A stretch of DNA of 64,000 nucleotides from Microbacterium sp. (GTDB lineage Bacteria > Actinomycetota > Actinomycetes > Actinomycetales > Microbacteriaceae), in the NCBI RefSeq assembly GCF_035687345.1, contig NZ_DASRXZ010000124.1, positions 110 through 64,109 on the forward strand, read 5' to 3'. This document shows, piece by piece, positions 41,026 through 49,054 of this stretch. The translations under genes and the position numbers were made by a program. The notes below the pieces were generated by a model. It had not been told where the DNA came from, made no database searches, and saw nothing but the letters and a program-made list of their open reading frames with translations. The number at the start of each line of letters is the position of its first letter. Positions within the stretch are counted from its first letter, which is position 1.

Positions 41026-44000
41026 ATGGTGACCAACCCCATCCAGGGGGACACCGACCTTGCGGCGCCGGGCGACGATCTCGCCTCGCGGGCCGTGGGA
41101 CTGGCGCAGAGGTGGATCGCCGAAAGCGCCCAGGTCGACGTGGACCCCTCAGCCGAGCGACTCGCCGGCGTACTCAAAGACCCCAACGGACTGCCCTTCA
41201 CGATCGGCTTCGTCGACGGCGTGATGCGGCCCGAGAGCCTGTTGGCGGCGGCGTCGAATCTGCAGCGGGTGGCCCCGCTCGCGCCGCGCTTCCTGCCGTG
41301 GTACCTGAGGGCCGCGGTGCGCACCGGCGGCGTCGTGGCTCCCGTGCTCCCGTGGCCTACCGTCCCGATCGCACGCCGCGTCCTGCGCCGGATGGTCGGA
41401 CACCTCGTCGTGGACGCACGGCCCGAGAAGCTCGGCCCCGCGATCGCGAAGATCCGCGAATCCGGTGCGAGGCTCAACCTCAACCTCCTCGGTGAGGCGG
41501 TGCTGGGCGAGCAGGAGGCGCTGCGACGGCTCGACGGCATCCACGAGCTCATCCGGCGCCGCGATGTGGACTACGTGTCGGTGAAGGTCTCGGCGATCGC
41601 GAGCCACATCTCGATGTGGGCGTTCGACGAGGTGGTCGACAAGGTCGTCGAGCGCCTCATGCCGCTGTACCTCACCGCGGCGACCGACGGCACCTTCATC
41701 AATCTCGACATGGAGGAGTACCGCGACCTCGATCTCACGATCGCGGTGTTCACGCGCATCCTCGAAGACCCGCGTCTGCGCGGCCTGGAGGCCGGCATCG
41801 TGCTGCAGGCCTACCTCCCCGACGCGCTGCCCGCTCTGACCGAGCTCACCGCGTGGGCGCAGCAGCGTGTCGCGAACGGAGGCTCGCGCGTCAAGATCCG
41901 GCTCGTCAAGGGTGCGAACCTCGCGATGGAGCGCGTCGACGCCATCATGCACGGGTGGCCGCTCGCGACCTACGGCAGCAAGCTCGACTCGGACGCGAAC
42001 TACATCCGGTGCCTCGACTTCGCGCTGCGCGCCGAGAACACGGCCGCCGTGCGCATCGGGGTCGCAGGCCACAACCTCTTCGACATCGCCTACGCGTGGC
42101 TGCTCGCGGGTCGACGCGGCGTCCGCCCGCACGTCGAGTTCGAGATGCTCCTCGGCATGGCGCAGGGCCAGGTGGCCGCGGTCTCGCGCGAGGTGGGCCA
42201 CGTGCTTCTTTATGTGCCCGTCGTGCGTCCCGACGAGTTCGACGTCGCGATCAGCTACCTCGTGCGCCGCCTCGAGGAGAACGCGTCGAGCGAGAACTTC
42301 CTCTCCGCCGCGTTCGATCTCGCCGACGATCCGTCGATGTTCGCGCGCGAACGCGACCGGTTCCTCGCGTCGATCCAGCGCGCAGCGGATCCCACGCTGC
42401 CGACCGGGCCGAACCGCACGCAGGACCGCACCGCTCCGACGGATGCCGCCCCGGCGGCTCCGGGTCTTCGCGCGCGTGTGCGCCGACCGGCCGACGACGC
42501 CGGCCTCACGAAGGCGGTGCTCGACATCGCGCGGCCGGGCGAACCGGGCGACACCGCGCCCATGGAGCCCGACCGCGGATCGCAGCTGTTCGGCGGAGAG
42601 TCGTTCGTCGAGACGGCGGTGTACTCCTCGCGCGAGACCGAGGTGCCCGCATCCGGCGCCCCCGGCTTCGAGAACGCGGCCGACACCGATCCCGCGCTCG
42701 CGGCGAACCGCTCGTGGAGTCGCTCGATCCTCGGTCGCGTCGAGTACTCGACCGCCGGCGACGCGACGATCCAGGCCGCGCGCATCGAAGACGCCGACGC
42801 GCTCGAGGGCGTCGTCGCGCGCGTGCGGGAAGCCGCCGCGGCGTGGGGCGCTCTGCCCGCCGCCGAGCGGTCGGCCGTGCTGCAGGCCGCGGGTCGCGCG
42901 CTCGAAGCGCGTCGGGCGGAGCTCATCGAGGTGGCCGCGTCCGAGACGGGCAAGGTGCTCGCCGAGGCCGACGTCGAGGTGAGCGAGGCCGTCGACTTCG
43001 CGAACTACTACGCCGCGACCGCCCGCGAGCTCGACCGCGTGAGCGGCGCCGTGTTCATGCCGTCGCGCCTCACAGTCGTGACGCCGCCGTGGAACTTCCC
43101 GATCGCGATCCCCGCAGGCGGCGTGCTCGCCGCGCTCGCGGCGGGCTCCGGCGTCGTGTTCAAGCCCGCACCGCAGGCGCGTCGCTGCGCAGCGGTCGTC
43201 GCCGAGGCGCTGTGGGAGGCCGGCGTCCCGCGCGACGTGCTCGCCCTGGCCGACATCGACGAAGGGGCGCTCGGCCAGAAGCTCGTGTCGCATCCGGACG
43301 TCGACCGCGTCATCCTCACGGGCTCCTGGGAGACCGCGGCGCTCTTCCGCTCGTGGCGCCCCGACCTGCGGCTGCTCGCCGAGACGAGCGGCAAGAACGC
43401 GATGATCATCACCCCGTCGGCCGACCTCGACCTCGCGGCATCCGATCTCGTCAAGAGCGCGTTCGGGCACGCGGGCCAGAAGTGCTCGGCCGCGTCGCTC
43501 GCGATCCTCATCGGGCCCGTCGGCCACTCGAAGCGCTTCGCCCGCCAGCTGTACGACTCGGCGACCTCTCTTCGCATCGGCCCTCCGACCGACCCGCTGT
43601 CGGAGATGGGCCCTGTCATCGAGCAGCCGCACGGCAAGCTCGAGTGGGCGCTCACAACGCTCGACGAAGGCGAGAAGTGGCTCATCGAGCCGACGCTTCA
43701 CCGGGCTCAAGGACCGGATCAACTGCCGGAGTACGCCGGGAGACTGTGGACGCCGGGCATCCGCACCGGCGTGCAGCCCGGTTCGCGCTTCCACATGGAG
43801 GAGTTCTTCGGGCCGGTGCTCGGCATCATGCACGCTCAGTCGCTGTCGCACGCGATCCAGCTGCAGAACGCCGTCTCGTACGGGCTCACGGCGGGCCTCT
43901 ACACGCAGGACCCGCACGAGCTCGCGTTCTGGCTCGAGCGCGTCGAAGCGGGAAATCTCTACGTCAACCGCGGCATCACGGGCGCCATCGTGCAGCGGCA

Positions 44001-44796
44001 GCCGTTCGGCGGGTGGAAGCGCTCGTCGGTCGGCGCGGGTGCGAAGGCCGGTGGGCCGAACTACCTCATCGGGCTCGGGAAGTGGCGCGCGTCGGCGGGC
44101 GCGACCGTGTCGAAGACCCTCCACTTGCGCGGGCTCGACACCCGCATCGCCGAGGTCATCGAGTCGGCGCAGCCCTCGCTCGGGTTCGAGGAGTTCGAGT
44201 GGGTGCGCCGCGCCGCGCTGTCGGACGCCCTCGCGTGGGACCGGGAGTTCGGCCAGGTGAAGGACGTCTCGCGCCTCGGCATCGAGCGGAACCTGTTCCG
44301 GTATCGACCCGTTCCGGGCCTCGCGGTGCGGGCGACGGCGGATGCCCCGTGGCACCACACTCTGCGCGTCGCGCTCGCGGGCGTCCGCGCCGGCACGCCG
44401 CTCACAGTGAGTGCTCCGGCGGGCTTCCCGCCCGCGGTGCGCCGCGCGCTCAGTGAGCAGGGCGTCGCGGTGTACGTCGAGACGGACGAGCAGTGGATCG
44501 AGCGGGTATCCGGTGCGTCGGGCGCGGATCAGGTCGAGGGAGCGGATGCGCTGCAACCCGGCACCCGGCCCGAGCGGCCGCCCCGCGTCCGGCTGGTCGG
44601 CTCCGCCGCATCCGTCTCGGCTCTTCACCGGGCCCTCGCGGAGGCGACGGGCGGCGATCCCGATGTCGCGGTCTACGACAACGAGGTGACGACGGCCGGG
44701 CGGATCGAGCTGCTTCCGTTCCTGCGCGAGCAATCCATCACGATCACCGCGCACCGCTTCGGCAACCCCGACCCCTGGTCGGAGTCGGTCATTTGA
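41026..44796 (+). CDS. putA: Bifunctional proline dehydrogenase / P5C dehydrogenase
   Basis: INLDMEEY, RLVKGAN, YLVRRLEEN, PPWNFP, AETSGKN, AGQKCSA, EEFFGP. Confidence 0.95.
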   Translation: MVTNPIQGDTDLAAPGDDLASRAVGLAQRWIAESAQVDVDPSAERLAGVLKDPNGLPFTIGFVDGVMRPESLLAAASNLQRVAPLAPRFLPWYLRAAVRTGGVVAPVLPWPTVPIARRVLRRMVGHLVVDARPEKLGPAIAKIRESGARLNLNLLGEAVLGEQEALRRLDGIHELIRRRDVDYVSVKVSAIASHISMWAFDEVVDKVVERLMPLYLTAATDGTFINLDMEEYRDLDLTIAVFTRILEDPRLRGLEAGIVLQAYLPDALPALTELTAWAQQRVANGGSRVKIRLVKGANLAMERVDAIMHGWPLATYGSKLDSDANYIRCLDFALRAENTAAVRIGVAGHNLFDIAYAWLLAGRRGVRPHVEFEMLLGMAQGQVAAVSREVGHVLLYVPVVRPDEFDVAISYLVRRLEENASSENFLSAAFDLADDPSMFARERDRFLASIQRAADPTLPTGPNRTQDRTAPTDAAPAAPGLRARVRRPADDAGLTKAVLDIARPGEPGDTAPMEPDRGSQLFGGESFVETAVYSSRETEVPASGAPGFENAADTDPALAANRSWSRSILGRVEYSTAGDATIQAARIEDADALEGVVARVREAAAAWGALPAAERSAVLQAAGRALEARRAELIEVAASETGKVLAEADVEVSEAVDFANYYAATARELDRVSGAVFMPSRLTVVTPPWNFPIAIPAGGVLAALAAGSGVVFKPAPQARRCAAVVAEALWEAGVPRDVLALADIDEGALGQKLVSHPDVDRVILTGSWETAALFRSWRPDLRLLAETSGKNAMIITPSADLDLAASDLVKSAFGHAGQKCSAASLAILIGPVGHSKRFARQLYDSATSLRIGPPTDPLSEMGPVIEQPHGKLEWALTTLDEGEKWLIEPTLHRAQGPDQLPEYAGRLWTPGIRTGVQPGSRFHMEEFFGPVLGIMHAQSLSHAIQLQNAVSYGLTAGLYTQDPHELAFWLERVEAGNLYVNRGITGAIVQRQPFGGWKRSSVGAGAKAGGPNYLIGLGKWRASAGATVSKTLHLRGLDTRIAEVIESAQPSLGFEEFEWVRRAALSDALAWDREFGQVKDVSRLGIERNLFRYRPVPGLAVRATADAPWHHTLRVALAGVRAGTPLTVSAPAGFPPAVRRALSEQGVAVYVETDEQWIERVSGASGADQVEGADALQPGTRPERPPRVRLVGSAASVSALHRALAEATGGDPDVAVYDNEVTTAGRIELLPFLREQSITITAHRFGNPDPWSESVI

Positions 44797-44811
44797 GCTC
44801 CACTCTTGCCT

Positions 44812-44889
44812 GCCGGATCAGGACATCTGGCGGGAGCAGGACACTCCCCGTCGAGTGCTCCTGCTCCCGCCAGATGTCCTGATCCCGGC
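44812..44889. repeat. Palindromic MITE/REP-like element, copy 2 (about 35-bp stem)
   Basis: GCCGGATCAGGACATCTGGCGGGAGCAGGACACTC ... GAGTGCTCCTGCTCCCGCCAGATGTCCTGATCCCGGC. Confidence 0.8.
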
Positions 44890-44935
44890 GGGTGGCGGGG
44901 CGGCCGATCCTGCCATCGTGCGGCAGGATGACCCT

Positions 44936-45496
44936 GTGCACATCGCCCGCCCCGAGACCTTCATCAGCATCGACGTCGAGACGGCGGGCCCGAACCCGGA
45001 AGAGTACTCCCTGCTGTCGATCGGCGCCTGCGTCGTCGACGACCCTGACATGGCGTTCTACGTCGAGCTGAAGCCGGTGTCGGAAGCGGTCGACGCCGAG
45101 GCGATCGCCGTGAGTGGTCTGTCGATCGAGCGACTGAGCGTCGAGGGCGTCGAGCCGGCCGAGGCGATGCGCCGGTTCGACGAATGGATCGCAGATGCGA
45201 CGCCCCCGGGGCGCACGCCCGTGTTCACCGCGTTCAACGCGCCGTTCGACTGGATGTTCGTCGACACGTACTTCCGCCGGCACCTCGGGCGCAACCCGTT
45301 CGGGCACTCGGCGCTCGACATCAAGGCGTACTACATGGGCCTGGCGGGCAGCTCGTGGGCCGACACGAGCATGCGCGTGCTGTCGCCGCTCTACCTGGAC
45401 GGGCGTGATCTGTCGCACAATGCCCTTGGGGACGCGCGCGATCAAGCCGAGATGTTTCGGCGGATGCGGGGGACCGCGCGCCGCGGATCCGAGTGA
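44936..45496 (+). CDS. DEDDh 3'-5' exonuclease
   Basis: ExoI IDVET, ExoII FNAPFD, ExoIII HNALGD; start trimmed to GTG 44936. Confidence 0.88.
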   Translation: MHIARPETFISIDVETAGPNPEEYSLLSIGACVVDDPDMAFYVELKPVSEAVDAEAIAVSGLSIERLSVEGVEPAEAMRRFDEWIADATPPGRTPVFTAFNAPFDWMFVDTYFRRHLGRNPFGHSALDIKAYYMGLAGSSWADTSMRVLSPLYLDGRDLSHNALGDARDQAEMFRRMRGTARRGSE

Positions 45497-45519
45497 CGCC
45501 GCCGTCAGAGGAGCACGCC

Positions 45520-46854
45520 ATGGCCGTCGTGGACCACACCGCCGAGCTGCAGAGGATCATCGAGTCCGCGAGGCGCCTCGGCGTCGAGATGGACGAGGAG
45601 GAGAGCATCCGGTGGCTCGCGGCGATCGCCGCGGATGCGACGGACAACGCGCTCGAAGTCGACCTTGACAGCGGCACGTACGGCTACCGTCCGACGATGC
45701 TCGACTTCAGCCCGAAGGACATCGCGCGCTTCCGCCGCATCGGCGAGATCGTCGAGGTGAGGGGCGAAGGCGCCGAGAGCGCGCTCGCGCTGTCGGGCTC
45801 GGCGGCGCAGTCGAAGATCCAGACCTACCCGGGCGATGCCGACTACTTCCAGCGCCTCAACATCAAGGCGGACACGCGCGAAGAGGCGTGCGCGATCATG
45901 GCGCGACTGCTCCGCGAGCACGTGGTCGAGCGCCATCAGGGGCCGTCCTTCCAGTTCCTCGAGGCCAAGTTCGGCACGCATCAGGTCGAGGGCACGGTAC
46001 GCGGCGCGCCCGTTCGCAGGGGCAGCCCGGTCTCGTGGACGTTCGCCGAGGTCGAGGCCGGCGTGCAGGTCGTCGAGCGCGCGGATGCCGAGCCCCTCGA
46101 GCTGCGATGGGAGGAGGTCGCCCTCGATCCCGGCTGGTGCAAGCTCGACTGGGTCGTCACCGACCCGGAGCGCGGCGGGCTCTCGAACGCGAGCAACGTC
46201 ATCGACGTCACGTGGGAGGCGCCGGACGGAAGCATCGTCGCGCTCGACGGCTACCTGGACGCGTACTTCCAGGAGATCTACCTCGACGCGGCATCCGTTC
46301 CCACCTTCGCGAAGGTGGCGCAGTTCGTCAGCGCCGATGCGCTCGACGAGTACGTCGCGGCGCTCGAGGGCGAGGTGCGCAAGTACCTCACGTACGACCT
46401 GAACTACGGCAAGGCCGCGAAGCGCATGTACAACGTGTTCCGGCTGTCGGGGCGCCACATGGACGCGGCGTTCGTGCGCGAGCTGTTCGACGAGCCCGCG
46501 ACGACGCTGTATCAGGTGTGGTCGCTCATCCGCACGCTCGACAACGCGACGCAGGAGGGGTCGTCGATTCCGATCGAGCAGGTTCAGGACCAGGCCGACG
46601 CCCTCGTGCTGCAGATCGTGGAGACGCTCGAGGGAGATGCCGAATCGGAGCTCGTCGCGGCGATGCTGCGCCTTCGCCGCACCCTCGAGGGGCAGAAGAG
46701 CGGCGAGGCGCGGTCTGCGGAGGTCGCTGCCGCCCAGGCGCTCGTCGTGAATCTCGTGAACACGTTCTACCGTGAGCGCCTCATGCTCATGCCGACCATC
46801 GCGGAGTACATCGAGCGCATCCAGGCGGAAGCGGCGCCGGGCGACGAGCACTGA
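45520..46854 (+). CDS. Unknown 444-aa protein, candidate Pol-beta superfamily nucleotidyltransferase
   Basis: AGAGGAG RBS before ATG 45520; LSGS-x11-DADY motif and later KLDW. Confidence 0.6.
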   Translation: MAVVDHTAELQRIIESARRLGVEMDEEESIRWLAAIAADATDNALEVDLDSGTYGYRPTMLDFSPKDIARFRRIGEIVEVRGEGAESALALSGSAAQSKIQTYPGDADYFQRLNIKADTREEACAIMARLLREHVVERHQGPSFQFLEAKFGTHQVEGTVRGAPVRRGSPVSWTFAEVEAGVQVVERADAEPLELRWEEVALDPGWCKLDWVVTDPERGGLSNASNVIDVTWEAPDGSIVALDGYLDAYFQEIYLDAASVPTFAKVAQFVSADALDEYVAALEGEVRKYLTYDLNYGKAAKRMYNVFRLSGRHMDAAFVRELFDEPATTLYQVWSLIRTLDNATQEGSSIPIEQVQDQADALVLQIVETLEGDAESELVAAMLRLRRTLEGQKSGEARSAEVAAAQALVVNLVNTFYRERLMLMPTIAEYIERIQAEAAPGDEH

Positions 46855-46879
46855 GGCCGCTGGTTGCCGCCCTCGCGCA

Positions 46880-47914
46880 TCACTCGGTGCTGACGAACCC
46901 CGTCGACTCCCGACGCACGATGCGGAAGTCGGGCTTGATCGTCTCGGGCGGACGCCGATCGCCCTTCTCGTTGATGCGCTCGATGAGCCGGTCGACGGCG
47001 ATGCGGGCGATCTCATCGCGCCCCGTGTCGACGGTCGACATCGAGGGGATCGAGTACTTGCCTTCGTCGATGTTGTCGAAACCGATCACGGCCACGTCGT
47101 CGGGGACGCGCACCTTCTCTTCGACGAGGGCGCGCAGCACACCGAGTCCCAGCGTGTCGTTGAGCGCGAAGACGGCGTCGAAGTCGACGCCCTCTGCGAC
47201 CAGGCGATGGGTCGCGGCGGCGCCTCCTGCGCGGTTCCACTGCGACATCGACGTCGGTCGCACGAGGGTCGGGTCGAGTTCGATGCCGGCCTGCTCGAGC
47301 GCGCGCAGGTAGCCCTTCAGGCGCAGGCTCGCCGAGCTCGCCTCGTCGTCTCCGTCGAGCTCGGCGCCGATGATCGCGATGCGGCGGCGGCCGATCTCGA
47401 TGAGGTGCTCGACGGCGGCCTGCGCCGACGACATGTTGTGCATCGTGACGTGGTCGGTCGGGCCGTCGAAGATGCGCTCGCCGAGCAGAACGAGCGGCGC
47501 ATCCGTCACGAGCGCCTCGGCGTCGCCCTGCCCGAGGCTCACCGGGCTGAAGAGGAGCCCGTCGAGGAAGCGCGGGCGGCTGGACGACACGGCGAGCAGC
47601 TCGGCGTCGCGGCTGCCGCTGGTCTGTTCGACCATCACGCCGAGGCCCCGCTTCTCGGCGGCGCGGATCACCGCGTCGGCGAGCTCGGCGAAGTAGTTCT
47701 CGCGAAGCGAGGGGACCGCGAGTCCGATCACGCCGGTACGGCCGGAGCGGAGGCCGCGCGCGGAGAGGTTCGGTCGGTAGTCGAGCTGTTCGATGGCCGC
47801 GTTCACGCGGTCACGGGTGCCCGGGCGCACGTGCGGGTAGTGGTTGATGACGTTCGACACCGTCTTGATAGAGACGCCGGCCACCCGTGCGACGTCGTGC
47901 ATCGTCGGTCCCAT
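46880..47914 (-). CDS. LacI family regulator
   Basis: TMHDVARVAGVSIKTVSNVIN, YRPNLSARGLR, VPDDVAVIGFDN. Confidence 0.93.
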   Translation of the reverse strand: MGPTMHDVARVAGVSIKTVSNVINHYPHVRPGTRDRVNAAIEQLDYRPNLSARGLRSGRTGVIGLAVPSLRENYFAELADAVIRAAEKRGLGVMVEQTSGSRDAELLAVSSSRPRFLDGLLFSPVSLGQGDAEALVTDAPLVLLGERIFDGPTDHVTMHNMSSAQAAVEHLIEIGRRRIAIIGAELDGDDEASSASLRLKGYLRALEQAGIELDPTLVRPTSMSQWNRAGGAAATHRLVAEGVDFDAVFALNDTLGLGVLRALVEEKVRVPDDVAVIGFDNIDEGKYSIPSMSTVDTGRDEIARIAVDRLIERINEKGDRRPPETIKPDFRIVRRESTGFVSTE

Positions 47915-48012
47915 CGATGCTCCCCCGTCTGACTTCCGAACCAATCTACTGCGCTCCGGGCCTCCTCGCGGACGCCCGGACCCTCGGTGCCTCCCATGAT
48001 TTTCAACGTGAG

Positions 48013-48029
48013 AAATGCAACGTTGTAAA
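48013..48029. promoter_or_regulatory. LacI-type operator AAATGCAACGTTGTAAA
   Basis: Matches TACAACGTTGTA sites at 52271-52298 and 61346-61384. Confidence 0.7.
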
Positions 48030-48070
48030 GTAGTGTAGCCCGCGGTGGTGAACGTCAGGGAGGACGGACC

Positions 48071-49054
48071 ATGCTGAGCGCGACCGACTGGCCGATCGCC
48101 GCTGCGATGCTTTCTCTGGGCGATGCCCATCCGAGCGCGGAGGGCCCGTCGTCGGCCGGGGTCGATCGCTGGCTCGAGGATCTGACTGAAGTGAGCGATG
48201 CCGGCTTCACCGACGTCGACCTCACGGACTCGTGGGTCCGCTACGGAGACCTCGACCAGCACGGCCTGACCGCGCTCCGGGAATGCCTCGCCTCGTCGGG
48301 CCTCCGCGCCGCATCGCTGTCCGCCATCCGTCGCAGCGTGATCGACGAGCGGCACGGCGACGAGCACCTCGCGTACGCGCACCGCACGATCGACGTCGCC
48401 GCGGAGCTCGGAGTCTCGGTCGTGTCGGTGGGCCTGCATCGCGCGCTGACACCGCGTCAGCGCGAAGCGCTCTGGTTCTGGACGGTCGAAGGCCATCGCG
48501 ATCCGCTCCTCGACGAGAGCGCGTGGCAGCTCGCCGTGACGCGTTTCCGCGAGCTCGGGCGTCACGCCGGCGAAGTCGGTCTCCTGCTGTCGCTCGAGCT
48601 GTACGAGCACACGTTCCTCGGCACCGCGGCGTCGGCCGTGCACCTCGTGGAGGACATCGGACTCGACGTCGTCGGTCTCAACCCCGACATCGGCAACCTG
48701 ATCCGCCTGCACCAGGCCGTCGAGGACTGGCGGGCGATCGTCGAAGCGACCATGCCGTACGCGAACTTCTGGCACGTCAAGAACTACACGCGCGACGAGG
48801 ATCCCGCGGCCGGGCTCTACTCGACCGTGCCGACGTCGCTCGAGCTCGGCCTCATCGACTACCGCACCGCCGTGAAGATCGCGCTCCGCAGCGGCTTCCA
48901 GGGCGTCATCTGCGTCGAGCACTACGGCGGCGACGGGCTGTCGGTGAGCGCGACGAATCGCGACTACCTGCGCCAACGGGTTCTTCCGCGCCGCGAGTAC
49001 ACCCTCGGCCGGAGCCGAGTCCGCCAGTCGCACGCAGCAGAGGTGACCGCATGA
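48071..49054 (+). CDS. Xylose isomerase-like TIM-barrel (AP_endonuc_2) protein, candidate 3-keto-acid decarboxylase
   Basis: SLELYE, NPDIGN, WHVKNY, CVEHYGGD metal-ligand pattern. Confidence 0.75.
   Translation: MLSATDWPIAAAMLSLGDAHPSAEGPSSAGVDRWLEDLTEVSDAGFTDVDLTDSWVRYGDLDQHGLTALRECLASSGLRAASLSAIRRSVIDERHGDEHLAYAHRTIDVAAELGVSVVSVGLHRALTPRQREALWFWTVEGHRDPLLDESAWQLAVTRFRELGRHAGEVGLLLSLELYEHTFLGTAASAVHLVEDIGLDVVGLNPDIGNLIRLHQAVEDWRAIVEATMPYANFWHVKNYTRDEDPAAGLYSTVPTSLELGLIDYRTAVKIALRSGFQGVICVEHYGGDGLSVSATNRDYLRQRVLPRREYTLGRSRVRQSHAAEVTA

Noticed and set aside
41149-44754. 1201-aa antisense ORF opposite putA (also 57197..59710, 15021..17606, 60054..62363 and similar)
   Set aside because: Shadow frames typical of high-GC coding DNA; Arg/Ala/Gly-rich, no motifs, and the opposite strand carries clear genes.
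44855-44935. N-terminal extension of the DEDDh exonuclease
   Set aside because: It runs through the hairpin repeat; GTG 44936 gives a canonical domain start.
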